Source: Candidatus Amesbacteria bacterium GW2011_GWB1_47_19 (GTDB taxonomy: Bacteria; Patescibacteriota; Microgenomatia; CAZETR01; Amesbacteraceae). From it: 64,000 bases of DNA. How positions within the stretch are numbered: position 1 is the first letter of the stretch; each line of letters opens with the position of its first letter. Position numbers and translations under genes: made by a program. Positions 18,866-28,947 of the stretch are shown in pieces. The notes under the pieces are model-generated. The model did no database searches and was not told where the DNA came from. It was given only the letters and a program-made list of their open reading frames with translations. The stretch spans positions 130-64,129 of the forward strand of contig LCNZ01000006.1 in the NCBI GenBank assembly GCA_001002325.1, written 5' to 3'.

Positions 18866-20370
18866 TTCCGCGGAAGAACTTCAAAAAACAGCAGATATTC
18901 CCGGTTGCCGTCGGGAGCGGCAGCCTTGGGGTAACTATAAATCAGCCTGAGTCCGAGTTTGTCGGGATCGGCGTGGAAGCGAGAAGAATTGACCACCAAA
19001 AACACCCGATTATCAACGAGTGCGGAAATTAATTTATCGTGCACAGAGTCGATCCAGACGCCAACTCCGACAATGCGGACGTTGGAAGCACCTTCGGTGT
19101 ACAGTTTCAATGCATCAAAGGGAGTACCGAAAAAGCCTTCCGAACCAACCAGAACCGGGCCCAGGGAGGCTTCGGCGCGCAAATATTCACCGATCTCTTT
19201 CAAGCCAAACCCCGCAGTCCATTCCTCCAAATATCCGGCCCGTTCTATCCGGGGAAGCGGGGCGGCTAAAGGAGAGAAAAGCAACTGATAATCAATAAAC
19301 AGCGAGGGCAGGATAATCAGAGCGGACCCGGCGTAGACCAGCAGATGTTTTTTGGTCCGTTCGCCGAGATGTTCCAGGGCATGGGTGATCAGAATCACGC
19401 CAAAAGGAACGGAAAACAAAAGATAACGGGCAGTAAAAGTAACAGCAACGAAACTCTGGACGATAACCGGTAACAACCACCAGGCAGACAAAACCAGTCT
19501 TTGCCGCCAGTGGGTAAACTTTTCAGCCAGCATGCCCCAGACTGCGAAAATCAGGCCGAAAGGAGTAGCCAGATACAGGTAAAATTGGAATGAGTCCCGG
19601 AGGTGTGGTACTAAAGGATCGAGAGGATGGCGCAATATTTCTGAAAGCGGATAAACATAATCCCGGTTCCGGATAGCGATCATATGAAATTCGGGTCCCA
19701 GACGGAGAATGTTATACATAGCAAAGGCGATAGCGAAAGCCGCAAGCCATAATCCACAAGCCACAAGAATGTTTTTTGGTTTGGGTTTGGGAAGAAACAG
19801 GACCAGGGACGGAGTCAAAGCGATCGCAAAAACCGCCGGTGATTTGGTCAACCAGGCAAATCCCAGACAAAAACCCCCTAACATGGCCATATCCAGACGT
19901 AAATACCTGGTGGCCAAATACATAAAATTAAACGCCCAAACGATAAACAACACCAGTAAGCTGTCACTTAAAGCCAGACGGTCAAAAAATACGGTATACG
20001 GGAGTACCGCCCACAATAATCCGGACATTACAGCCTGACGGGGCCGGTTAAATAATAAAAATGCCGCCAAGGCTACTCCCAGGGCAGAGCCGATTCCCGC
20101 CAGACCTGAAAAAAACCGGCCGGCCGCCAGCGGATCGGAGATTATTTTTAGAAAGGGAATCATTCCCCACATGTACAGAGGCTGCTTGCCGTCTGATAAG
20201 GGCAGGAAGCGCAGGGTGGCTTCGGATCGCATGACCTGAGCCCAACGGACATATATGGCTTCGTCGGCAAATACCGGAAATGAATTAATCCGCACAGTCC
20301 GCAGAATTCCGGCCAAACCCAGAACCAGCAACAGGACAACCGGCCAACGGCTTTTAATAACGGTAAACAT
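18862..20370 (-). CDS. GT39/ArnT-PMT-like GT-C membrane glycosyltransferase
   Basis: A 'VFADEAIYVRW' DE-motif lies in the first extracytoplasmic loop, followed by about 11 TM helices and a C-terminal soluble domain. Confidence 0.55.
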   Translation of the reverse strand: MFTVIKSRWPVVLLLVLGLAGILRTVRINSFPVFADEAIYVRWAQVMRSEATLRFLPLSDGKQPLYMWGMIPFLKIISDPLAAGRFFSGLAGIGSALGVALAAFLLFNRPRQAVMSGLLWAVLPYTVFFDRLALSDSLLVLFIVWAFNFMYLATRYLRLDMAMLGGFCLGFAWLTKSPAVFAIALTPSLVLFLPKPKPKNILVACGLWLAAFAIAFAMYNILRLGPEFHMIAIRNRDYVYPLSEILRHPLDPLVPHLRDSFQFYLYLATPFGLIFAVWGMLAEKFTHWRQRLVLSAWWLLPVIVQSFVAVTFTARYLLFSVPFGVILITHALEHLGERTKKHLLVYAGSALIILPSLFIDYQLLFSPLAAPLPRIERAGYLEEWTAGFGLKEIGEYLRAEASLGPVLVGSEGFFGTPFDALKLYTEGASNVRIVGVGVWIDSVHDKLISALVDNRVFLVVNSSRFHADPDKLGLRLIYSYPKAAAPDGNREYLLFFEVLPRK

Positions 20371-21121
20371 GGGTCAGTGAACGATAACGAATTAACAGTA
20401 ATTCTTTCAGACCCGAAACTGCATCATGAAAGAAGCGGACCCTTTTGGTTTCCTGATGTGTCCAGAGAACAGGGACTTCGGCAATTTTAAAACCCATTTT
20501 CCGGGCCAGATACAATATCTCCACATCGAATCCCGGGTTGACAGCCGGGCCGGAAATCGGCCGGGCAGGATGGACCAGGCTGAAGGCGGTGAAGATTTTC
20601 CGGCCTGCCTGAGAGGTAAAAGCTTTGAAGCCGCATTGAGTGTCCCTGACCGGCAAACGCAGAATCAAAGTCCTGACAATAATCATGCCGTAGGCGAGAA
20701 TCTGACGGAACACAGGGGCTCCCGGTCTGCCGCTTCTGGAACCGACCGCTAAATCAAAACCCCGGGTAAAAGCTTCCCGGAATTTGTCGAACTCAGTAAT
20801 CGGGGTAGCCTGATCCGTATCGGTGAACAGGATAATTTGTCCCGCAGAAGCAAAAACCCCGGCCATAACCGAGGCGGCTTTACCCTGATGAGGATTATCC
20901 AGTACCCGGGTATGAGGGTGGGTTGCTGAAAAATTCTGCAACAAGGACAGAGTACCATCCGTCGAACCGTCATTAACTAAAATAATTTCCCAGGAGAAGG
21001 GTTGCGAGGCCAGGTATGAATGAACACGGTTCAGTGAACCCCTACGAAAATTGGGAACTTCGTTATATATCGGAATAATGACTGAGAGGTAGGGTTCTTT
21101 GTCCATAGCTGCTGAAAACAT
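20354..21121 (-). CDS. Dpm1/GtrB-like GT2 polyprenol-phosphate glycosyltransferase
   Basis: 'LSVIIPIYNEVPN', 'EIILVNDGSTDGT' and 'FTDTDQATP' motifs. It is soluble and sits immediately upstream of a GT-C gene. Confidence 0.75.
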   Translation of the reverse strand: MFSAAMDKEPYLSVIIPIYNEVPNFRRGSLNRVHSYLASQPFSWEIILVNDGSTDGTLSLLQNFSATHPHTRVLDNPHQGKAASVMAGVFASAGQIILFTDTDQATPITEFDKFREAFTRGFDLAVGSRSGRPGAPVFRQILAYGMIIVRTLILRLPVRDTQCGFKAFTSQAGRKIFTAFSLVHPARPISGPAVNPGFDVEILYLARKMGFKIAEVPVLWTHQETKRVRFFHDAVSGLKELLLIRYRSLTHVYRY

Positions 21122-21143
21122 TTTACTTCATAAATAGTCAGAT

Positions 21144-22607
21144 TCACTTGGTGAAGCCAAACATGGGATCGGTTAAATTGGCATTGGCTCCGGAACAGCT
21201 TTGCCGGATGCTGTCAGGTGAATATTTGGCATAATCCGGCAAAATTAAACCCAGAGCGCCGAAAGTCCAATCCAAACGGTCGGCCCGGGTGTGGGGAAAA
21301 ACGACAGTATAAACCGGGCTTTGGCTTTTGGGCTGATTAACATGAAGCCGTGCCCGCCAAAAAAGGTAACGATAGCCGAGTTCATAACCGGGGTTGGTCA
21401 TATAGGATACGGAAACGCAGGGATAATCATGAGCCCGGGCGTCTGCTGAAATGGCATTAACCACGGCTGTCCGCTCCAAATAACCACTGCGGTTGATAGG
21501 GGATGTGAGAAATAATCCCAAATGATAGGCGACAAAACCGGCCAATGCGGCAGTGACCAAAATCCGGCCGGCGGGCCGGCGGTAAATATAAGTCAAAAAC
21601 AAAACGGCTGCAGCCAGCCAAAGAATATTCAAGCCGTTGAGATAATATTCGGATAAGTTGATGGGGTGGGCGGCGAAAAACAGCAGGAAGAGGATTATCC
21701 ACAGAGCATAAAGAAGCAGAGTATACCGGGGCAAAGTTTTTTTAAGTGATAGAAAAACCATTACCAACAGGCACAATGCGGGAATAATATAAACAGGCAG
21801 GATCGGCGGGCGGAACGGAACAAATAACCCCGTGCTGTTGCGGGAGGCATAGAGAATCACGTGGGATATTTTTTGCCACAGACTGCCGGACTTGGTACCG
21901 ATTGACGCCAAACTGGTAAGCAGGGCGGTAGTCTGTTGGAAATTGTGCCGGAGTTCAAAAATCAGCAGCGGGACGGAGAGAGAAATAAACACCGCTAAAG
22001 GCACCAAAAAATCCCGGGGTCGGTAAAGGCTGCGGTTTAGCCAGACCGCGACAAAAACCAGAGGAATAAGCAGAACTAATGCCAAATGCAGGTGCCAGAC
22101 GAGAGAAAATAAAACCGCCAATATCAGAAGTGATGATTTGTGACCGGAAAAAAGCCTGTTTAAAGCATAGAAAAACCAGACGGACCAGAGGAAAACGGGG
22201 GTGGTTGGTACCACTTCCCTCTCACCGGAGGAGATGGAAAAGGATACGGCATAAATCAGCGAAGCCAAACTTCCTGCCGGACGGGAATAGAGGCGGTTAA
22301 AAACCCAGTATATACTGGTAATGGCAGCCAATCCGACAATCAGAGAAAATCCCAAGGAGCCCACAGGATCCATCCCCGCTGCGAGGTAAAACGGAATGAG
22401 AATGTAGTAAAACAACGGTCCGATAAATATTCCCGGTGAGGAAGTCAGCTGGCCGATGAGCCGGGGATGCCTGTCGACAACTATATCTTTGACAATCCAC
22501 GAAGCCAGATCGTTGTCATGCCCGTACATGAACCGTTCCCGCAGCTGGTAGCCCCGGGTCACCATACCCAGCAGCAGGGCAATGATTAGCAGTGCAGAGA
22601 ATTTCAT
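21144..22607 (-). CDS. GT-C fold membrane glycosyltransferase-like protein, paralog group A
   Basis: 487 aa. It shares the 'GHDNDL...LIGQLTSSPGIFIGPLFYYILIP' motif with the two downstream paralogs. Confidence 0.5.
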   Translation of the reverse strand: MKFSALLIIALLLGMVTRGYQLRERFMYGHDNDLASWIVKDIVVDRHPRLIGQLTSSPGIFIGPLFYYILIPFYLAAGMDPVGSLGFSLIVGLAAITSIYWVFNRLYSRPAGSLASLIYAVSFSISSGEREVVPTTPVFLWSVWFFYALNRLFSGHKSSLLILAVLFSLVWHLHLALVLLIPLVFVAVWLNRSLYRPRDFLVPLAVFISLSVPLLIFELRHNFQQTTALLTSLASIGTKSGSLWQKISHVILYASRNSTGLFVPFRPPILPVYIIPALCLLVMVFLSLKKTLPRYTLLLYALWIILFLLFFAAHPINLSEYYLNGLNILWLAAAVLFLTYIYRRPAGRILVTAALAGFVAYHLGLFLTSPINRSGYLERTAVVNAISADARAHDYPCVSVSYMTNPGYELGYRYLFWRARLHVNQPKSQSPVYTVVFPHTRADRLDWTFGALGLILPDYAKYSPDSIRQSCSGANANLTDPMFGFTK

Positions 22608-22612
22608 GTCAG

Positions 22613-24064
22613 TTACATGCGGTTACGCCGCTGGACGGTAATGGTGTTAAAAACCCTGGTGTCAAGGACCGAACCGATGGCCGCCTGGCGGCGGAGCCAG
22701 GCGGAAAGGAACTGAGGATGCTGGTCATCGGGTTCATATAAAGTGTACAGCCTGGAAGTAAGCGACGACAGGGGAAGACTCGAATATTTTACCGTTCCCT
22801 GCCAGAGGAACAGATAGTCGTAGGCGTAGGGCACTACCGGAGGCACATAAACGTCGATGTTGAAATCGTTGCCCCCGGAATCGGAATATACCCAATCAAC
22901 AGCCGCCAATTCGGAAGAGTAATTCACCCAATCCGGACCGCGGCCGGTGAGATAAATTCCCAGCCGGGATAAATTATGCATCAGAAAAACGGCCATAAAT
23001 AATCCCGCGATGATCCGGGGTGCGTTTCCTGCTGTCCAAGCCCGGGCAAGGATGCAGGCGATAATCACGGCCATAACGGGGTAGATGCCGGTGAAATAAT
23101 AATCCCAGATATATCCGTGATTGCCGTGATAGAAAAGCAGTATTACCAGCGGAACCAGGCACCAGATCAACAGACTGATGAAGGGTACCCGGAATAATCG
23201 CCGGCCGGCGGTTAAGGCCAGCAGAAGAACCACACCAGCCGCGATCACCGCAATAATTGTATTTGTGAAAAACCGATCGGAGAATGCATGAAAGTAGAAC
23301 AATAATCTTTCGTAAATAAACCGGGTAATCCGGGGCTGGAAACTTTGTTCGGCGACCAAGAAACGTTGAAATGACTGCACTAACAGGTGCTGGTGACGCA
23401 GATCAAATATAACCTGGGGAGCGAGGGTCAATCCGAACAAAGCCAAACCGAAAAGAGTAGGCCTGATATGTTTCCAGATGAGAATTAGCAAAATAGCCGG
23501 GAGAAAGAAGATGGCTGAAGCTGCTTCCAACTGCAGGGATAACCCGGCACACAAACCTAAAACCCACCACCAACGGGGTTGGTTATGGATAACTTTCAGC
23601 AAGGCTAAAACCGTCAAAGCAGCAAATAGAGGTAGCGGGGTGGGATTTGAAAGCCAGCGATGGGATAATGCCAAACGGTAGGAAAATGCCAGAAACAGAA
23701 CGGAAATAATGGCCGTGGTCCGGGAAAAAAATGTATTGGCCAGATAATATGTAACACCGATGCCAGCGATATTCAGAACCGCCAGCCAGACGGCGGGAAA
23801 TACGGGGTTTCCCCCACCTAACAAATAAGCGGGAGCAATCAAATAATAATAAAAAGGGCCAAGGAATATGCCTTCGATGCCGGTGGTCGGTCCGATTAAA
23901 AAAAGTTTGCCTTTGTGCCAAAGATTCCAGACGACCAAGGCATCCCGTCCCTGGTCATACCAAAATCCCAGAAAATCGGGGGTGCGGTATACGCGAAGAG
24001 CCAATGCAGCTCCCAAGATAAAAAATATTCCGTAACGCCGGATAAGGCCGGAAAAAATTGTCAT
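22613..24064 (-). CDS. GT-C fold membrane glycosyltransferase-like protein, paralog group A
   Basis: 483 aa with the motif 'YDQGRDAL...LIGPTTGIEGIFLGPFYYYLIAP'. Confidence 0.5.
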   Translation of the reverse strand: MTIFSGLIRRYGIFFILGAALALRVYRTPDFLGFWYDQGRDALVVWNLWHKGKLFLIGPTTGIEGIFLGPFYYYLIAPAYLLGGGNPVFPAVWLAVLNIAGIGVTYYLANTFFSRTTAIISVLFLAFSYRLALSHRWLSNPTPLPLFAALTVLALLKVIHNQPRWWWVLGLCAGLSLQLEAASAIFFLPAILLILIWKHIRPTLFGLALFGLTLAPQVIFDLRHQHLLVQSFQRFLVAEQSFQPRITRFIYERLLFYFHAFSDRFFTNTIIAVIAAGVVLLLALTAGRRLFRVPFISLLIWCLVPLVILLFYHGNHGYIWDYYFTGIYPVMAVIIACILARAWTAGNAPRIIAGLFMAVFLMHNLSRLGIYLTGRGPDWVNYSSELAAVDWVYSDSGGNDFNIDVYVPPVVPYAYDYLFLWQGTVKYSSLPLSSLTSRLYTLYEPDDQHPQFLSAWLRRQAAIGSVLDTRVFNTITVQRRNRM

Positions 24065-26265
24065 TAGCCTGTCGGGTTATGAATCAATCTGAAAAGCCTG
24101 ACCCCCCAGGGAAAGTCCCACTCTTTGTCAATTTTAGCCCAACCGAATGCCGCGATTTCCCACAAGGGGTGATTGATGGGATTGCAGCCGTCAGGCGGCA
24201 ACCCCGCCGGTTCACAGATGACGAATAGCTGGTCTGAGAGGTGGTCGTGAATGGTGAAAAAGGGGGCCCGGTTTAAAAGCAGAAAATATCGGTATGAGGC
24301 GTCATAATTGCTTTTGGCTATCAATGCCAGATTAAACGGCCGGGAACCGGACTGAACGGCTATAAAATCCGATATGGATGCGGTTCGCTCCAGCTGGCGG
24401 TTGGGGGAAGAACGCAGCGGGCTGTAAACGAGATTGAAAGCCAGTAACAACAAAAGCAGCAGGATGACGGGGAAACGAGTGAGACGGTGGTGCATCAGGA
24501 ATCTGACCGCAAATCCCAGCAGTAAAAACGGAGCCGGAAATAAAAATCCGTAATAATGCGGATAAACGTGCTGTTTGTACAGGCCCAACCCGACTATTCC
24601 TGTTACCAGCCAGACCAGGCAGAAAACCAGATCGGGAGAAACTTTCTTTAGCCTAAGTCCAAGTCCTAGTTCAAGAGCTGTAAGAGTGGTAACAGCCAGT
24701 GCCACCCAGCGCCCTAACAGAGGGTTGCTGGCAGTCAGCAGAGTAGCGTTAACATCCTCCCAAAGGGGCCAGATATGGGGCAGGGCTTTGTAGGCTTTGA
24801 GGTTAACGGTTGTTTGCCGGTCGCTAAAAAATTTATACAGGGCGGAAAAGTTCGACCAGCCATGGCGGAGATCAAACAAAATCAGAGGAGATAATAATAT
24901 AACCAATATTACGATTGCGTAGTTGAGATATTTACCGGAATTTAAATTTTTCCGGGAAAGGGATATGAAAATTACCATGGGAAACAACAGCAGCAGACCC
25001 AGGTAATGGGAGTTGAGAACGAAAGCAAAGGAAATTGCGGATATCAGCAACCAGCGCCAATACCCCAGACGCCAGACTTTCCAGATGCCGTACATCGTAA
25101 GCAGGGCAAAGAAGGGCATTATGTTGGGGTTCCAAGAAGACCGGGAGTAAACAATTACCGTGGGGGACAGGGTATACAACGCCGATATAAAAAGCGCTGG
25201 TCTGCGGCCGAACCATTGCCGCCCGATCCACCACATTAAAGTTATTGCAGCCAAACCGGTGAGCCCGACAAATACAGCCGGTCCGACGGGAGAAAACCGG
25301 AAGAATGCCAGCCAGGGGGATACCAGGTAATAATAGAGAGGTCCCAGGTACATATTGCCGATGGAAGTCCCGGGTCCGATAAGCGGGAAGTGGCGGCCGG
25401 TGACAATCGCATGCATAACCAGAGCATCCCGGCCTTCATCCCCCAGAAAAGTCAGATATTGGCTGATGTGCCAAAAGCGGGAGATGGCTGCGCCCCCCAA
25501 TATGACAGCCAGGGTTAGTATTTCCCAACGAAAAACCGTACGGCCCTGTTCCACAAAAATTTCCCGGCGGAATTGCCACCAGAAGGTAAATAATTCCCGA
25601 AAGGCTTTGATAATTACCCGGGGGTCTGCCCCGGTGGAATGGCCGGCGGTGCGCAACAAGTGCGTGAGGGGAACCTCGACTACCGTGAATCCCCGGGTTC
25701 TGGCCTGGGCGAACAACTCGGTATCAATTAATGCCCCGTCAGAGTGAAGCTGGATCCGGGACAGAATTTCCCGGCGAAAAAGTTTGAATCCACAGTCGAT
25801 GTCCGTAGCCAGATATCCAAAAAGCGCCCTGACAGCTGTATTCCAACCCCAGCGGTTGAAACGCCGGACGTGTGATTCCCGGGTTTGTTGACGGATACCA
25901 CTGACGATATCGGCGCCGGTGGCCTGCTGTTTGGCAATTAATAGTCTAACCTGGGAAAAATCGAACTGGTTGTCTGCCGGGACAAACACAATAAAATCCT
26001 GTGTGGCAGCGGAGAAACCGGTTTTTAGCGCCCCACCGTATCCCTTGTTGGGAGAATTGGTAACTATACGTAGACGGGGGATTTTTTTTTGGAAACCTGC
26101 AGCAATGGCTCCGGTACGGTCACGGGAACCATCATTGACAACAATAATCTCCCAGTCCGAAAGCCGAAGCTGCCTGATGACAGTATGAACCGCAGTTAAA
26201 CAAGCGGCAATATTTTTCTCCTCGTTGTAAGCCGGAATTACCACGCTCAAACCGGGACTTTTCAT
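24064..26265 (-). CDS. fusion protein: N-terminal Dpm1/GtrB-like GT2 domain + C-terminal GT-C membrane domain (paralog group A)
   Basis: Residues 1-230 carry GT2 motifs ('LSVVIPAYNEEKN', 'EIIVVNDGSRDRT'). The C-terminal ~500 aa carry 'GDEGRDAL...LIGPGTSIGNMYLGPLYYYLVSP' and about 12 TM helices. Confidence 0.6.
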   Translation of the reverse strand: MKSPGLSVVIPAYNEEKNIAACLTAVHTVIRQLRLSDWEIIVVNDGSRDRTGAIAAGFQKKIPRLRIVTNSPNKGYGGALKTGFSAATQDFIVFVPADNQFDFSQVRLLIAKQQATGADIVSGIRQQTRESHVRRFNRWGWNTAVRALFGYLATDIDCGFKLFRREILSRIQLHSDGALIDTELFAQARTRGFTVVEVPLTHLLRTAGHSTGADPRVIIKAFRELFTFWWQFRREIFVEQGRTVFRWEILTLAVILGGAAISRFWHISQYLTFLGDEGRDALVMHAIVTGRHFPLIGPGTSIGNMYLGPLYYYLVSPWLAFFRFSPVGPAVFVGLTGLAAITLMWWIGRQWFGRRPALFISALYTLSPTVIVYSRSSWNPNIMPFFALLTMYGIWKVWRLGYWRWLLISAISFAFVLNSHYLGLLLLFPMVIFISLSRKNLNSGKYLNYAIVILVILLSPLILFDLRHGWSNFSALYKFFSDRQTTVNLKAYKALPHIWPLWEDVNATLLTASNPLLGRWVALAVTTLTALELGLGLRLKKVSPDLVFCLVWLVTGIVGLGLYKQHVYPHYYGFLFPAPFLLLGFAVRFLMHHRLTRFPVILLLLLLLAFNLVYSPLRSSPNRQLERTASISDFIAVQSGSRPFNLALIAKSNYDASYRYFLLLNRAPFFTIHDHLSDQLFVICEPAGLPPDGCNPINHPLWEIAAFGWAKIDKEWDFPWGVRLFRLIHNPTG

Positions 26266-26303
26266 GCCGTCTAATCATACCAGTATGCTAATATGATTGG
26301 TAG

Positions 26304-27383
26304 ATGACCGGGAATCTGAAACAGGTGTTGATTGTGGCGGTAGTGGCTTGTTTTTCGGTCTTCGGAGTATGGTGGGCAACGGGGATGGAAAAGATTTATG
26401 AAAATTTTGACGGACCGTATTATTTGGCAGTGGCTAAAAGCTGGTACAAACAGGATGTACTGCGGACTAATTTTTCTTTTCCCACGCCGCTGGAATACTA
26501 CCCGGCTCATTTTCCGGGATATCCGTTGCTGATAAACCTGGCGGCCTTAACGGGAATAAACCGGCCTCAGGCTATGCTGGCGGTGAACCTGGCAGCAGGA
26601 GTAACGGGAGCAATTTTTATGTTTGCGGCAGCCCAGCAGGCGGGAATGTCCAAACCGTGGGTGGCAGCTCTGGTGTGGCTGTTTTTTTGGCCAAGAATGT
26701 GGGCGGTGAGATCCGTGGGCAGCCCGGAGACATTATTTATAGCCGGAATTATCAGTTCCGTGTACTTCTTTAACCGGAAAATGTACTGGTGGTCGGCATT
26801 GGGGGCAATTGTGGCTGTGGTTACAAAAAGCCCGGGGATATTGTTAATTTTGGCGTATGGCTTGTGGGCAACAGAAGATTATCTGAAAAATAAAAGGTGG
26901 GAAAAGCGGATGTATCCGGTGTTTCTGGCGGGGTTGGCATTGGCAGGTGTGTTCTGTTTTTATAAATTGCAGACGGGAGACTTCTGGGCGTATTTCCATT
27001 CCGGGGATAACATCCATCTGCAGATACTGCCGTTTAAAGTCTTTGACAGCAATCAACCCTGGGTCGGAAATTTCTGGCTGGAGGATGTGCTGTGGATATA
27101 TCTGGCAGGAGCCTGGGGGGTACTGGCAGTATTCCGGTATAACCGGGTCTGGGGATGGTGGGGGTTGGTATTTTATATCAGTCTGTTGTTTGTTTCGCAT
27201 CGGGACATCAGCCGATATAGCCTGCCTCTGATTCCGGTAGTTTTAATCGGAGTCCATAAATGGCTGGAGAAAAAGGAGACTGTGTATATACTGGCGGGAT
27301 TATTGCTACCGGCGTTTTTGTATACCCTGAATTTTGTAAACCATAATTTCCTGCCGATTGCCAACTGGGCGCCTTTTCTTTAG
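26304..27383 (+). CDS. polytopic membrane protein, possible GT-C/DUF2029-like
   Basis: 359 aa with about 10 TM helices. Confidence 0.35.
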   Translation: MTGNLKQVLIVAVVACFSVFGVWWATGMEKIYENFDGPYYLAVAKSWYKQDVLRTNFSFPTPLEYYPAHFPGYPLLINLAALTGINRPQAMLAVNLAAGVTGAIFMFAAAQQAGMSKPWVAALVWLFFWPRMWAVRSVGSPETLFIAGIISSVYFFNRKMYWWSALGAIVAVVTKSPGILLILAYGLWATEDYLKNKRWEKRMYPVFLAGLALAGVFCFYKLQTGDFWAYFHSGDNIHLQILPFKVFDSNQPWVGNFWLEDVLWIYLAGAWGVLAVFRYNRVWGWWGLVFYISLLFVSHRDISRYSLPLIPVVLIGVHKWLEKKETVYILAGLLLPAFLYTLNFVNHNFLPIANWAPFL

Positions 27384-28522
27384 TCTTTCGTTTTCCAGAT
27401 GATTTTGTTGTAAATAATGTAGTTGGTAATTAAAACCAGAATTAAAGCGCCGAAGAAGAAAAACTGAATGACGAACGGGCTGCCTTGGGCGACATCTTCA
27501 CCGATTTTTAACACCGTGTACTGAATGCCCAGTGCAATGAAGGACGTTAAATTAAACTGGAGAAATTTGAAAATAATTTTGGATCCGGCAATCCGGTACT
27601 CTCTGAAGGTCCATAGATTGTTGAGGGAAAAGTTGCTGATGATGGCCATCTCACCCCCGATTACCGTGGCTATGGAGGGAGTGAGTAAATGCATAAAGAC
27701 TGATGTGACTTCGAAGAACGCAGTTTGAATGACTAAACCGGTACCACCGACAATTACGAATTTTATGAAGCGCATAATTTTGGGGTTTTGCATCTGCAGA
27801 CGGAAGATAACTCTCAGCGTCTCCTGCATTTCGTTTTTGATGATTTTTGATTCACCTGAAGTACGGTGGGCGAACAGGAAAGGGACTTCTTTTACTTTGG
27901 CGCCTTTCTGAACCATATAAAAAAGCAAATGAATCTTGTAAGCGAAACTTTTTGATAACAGTTTGGAAAAGTCGAATCCGTCCATGAATCCTTTTACCCT
28001 GGCCAGTTTGAAACCTCCTGTGACATCATGAATCTGCGGCAGGATCAGAAATACCCGGGCTACAATATTTCCGACAACGCTTAAAAACTTGCGTTTAAAA
28101 CTCCAGGCCACGGGAATCGAACCGCCGGGGATGTAACGGGAACCGATGATGTAGTCATAACCGTGATTAATTTCGGCAATCAGCCGGGGTATATCCTGTG
28201 GCGGGTGCTGGAAATCACTGTCGAATTCCATCAGATAATCCGCATCCAGCTTTTCCATAGCGTAACGCATACCTTTGGCGTACGCCATGCCCAAACCCTC
28301 CTTTTTGTTTTCGACCAACAGATGCAGCCAGGAATAAGTTTTTTGCAGAGAACGGATAAGTTCGGCAGTACCATCCGGGCTGTTACCGTCGACATAAAGG
28401 ACTTCGACAATATGGTCGGGAATACCGGGTAGAATTTCAGCCAGGGTCTCGATCATCCGGTCGGTATTTTCCCTCTCGTTGTAGGTGGGGATGATAATAA
28501 TTATTTTCATATTTATAATCAT
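27380..28522 (-). CDS. GtrB/Dpm1-like GT2 polyprenol-phosphate glycosyltransferase fused to a GtrA-like flippase domain
   Basis: An N-terminal 'IIIIIPTYNEREN ... VLYVDGNSPDGT ... EFDSDFQHPP' GT2 domain is followed by a C-terminal 4-TM GtrA-like domain with the 'NNLWTF' motif. Confidence 0.7.
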   Translation of the reverse strand: MIINMKIIIIIPTYNERENTDRMIETLAEILPGIPDHIVEVLYVDGNSPDGTAELIRSLQKTYSWLHLLVENKKEGLGMAYAKGMRYAMEKLDADYLMEFDSDFQHPPQDIPRLIAEINHGYDYIIGSRYIPGGSIPVAWSFKRKFLSVVGNIVARVFLILPQIHDVTGGFKLARVKGFMDGFDFSKLLSKSFAYKIHLLFYMVQKGAKVKEVPFLFAHRTSGESKIIKNEMQETLRVIFRLQMQNPKIMRFIKFVIVGGTGLVIQTAFFEVTSVFMHLLTPSIATVIGGEMAIISNFSLNNLWTFREYRIAGSKIIFKFLQFNLTSFIALGIQYTVLKIGEDVAQGSPFVIQFFFFGALILVLITNYIIYNKIIWKTKD

Positions 28523-28531
28523 AATCTTTTA

Positions 28532-28584
28532 AGTTAAGAAGTACCACCCCCTTCCCCCTCCTAATCTAGGAGTGGGAATTAAAG
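28532..28584. repeat. 53-nt imperfect palindromic repeat, copy 1
   Basis: 'taccacccccttccccctcctaatctaggagtgggaattaaagagggtggtaa'. Its arms 'taccaccc..ctcc' and 'ggag..gggtggta' can pair. It overlaps the last codons of the DUF559 gene. Confidence 0.7.
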
Positions 28585-28937
28585 AGGGTGGTAATAATTT
28601 TCTTAATCACTTTATTGATATCATTTTCCACTTCCGAATTCCAAAATCTAATTACCTTCATTTTGTAAATATGCAAAGTCCTGGTTCTATATTCATCAAG
28701 ATCTTTTTTCCGCTTATGTATACTCCCATCTAACTCTATTGCCAATTTTTTCTCCGGGCAATAAAAATCTAATATATATGGCCCAAGCCCGTATTGTCTT
28801 CTAAACTTAACCCCCAATTGACTTTTTTGTAACTTTTTCCAGAGCATTTTCTCGACCTCAGTTGAGAAGTTTCTGAGAGACTGTCGTCTCGTCTTAAATC
28901 TGGGATTGTTATAGATAAATCTGGTGTATGAATCCAT
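28566..28937 (-). CDS. DUF559 domain protein (Vsr/restriction-endonuclease-like fold)
   Basis: 'LGPYILDFYCPEKKLAIELDGSIH' is the DUF559 core. Confidence 0.65.
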   Translation of the reverse strand: MDSYTRFIYNNPRFKTRRQSLRNFSTEVEKMLWKKLQKSQLGVKFRRQYGLGPYILDFYCPEKKLAIELDGSIHKRKKDLDEYRTRTLHIYKMKVIRFWNSEVENDINKVIKKIITTLFNSHS

Positions 28938-28947
28938 TACTATAATT

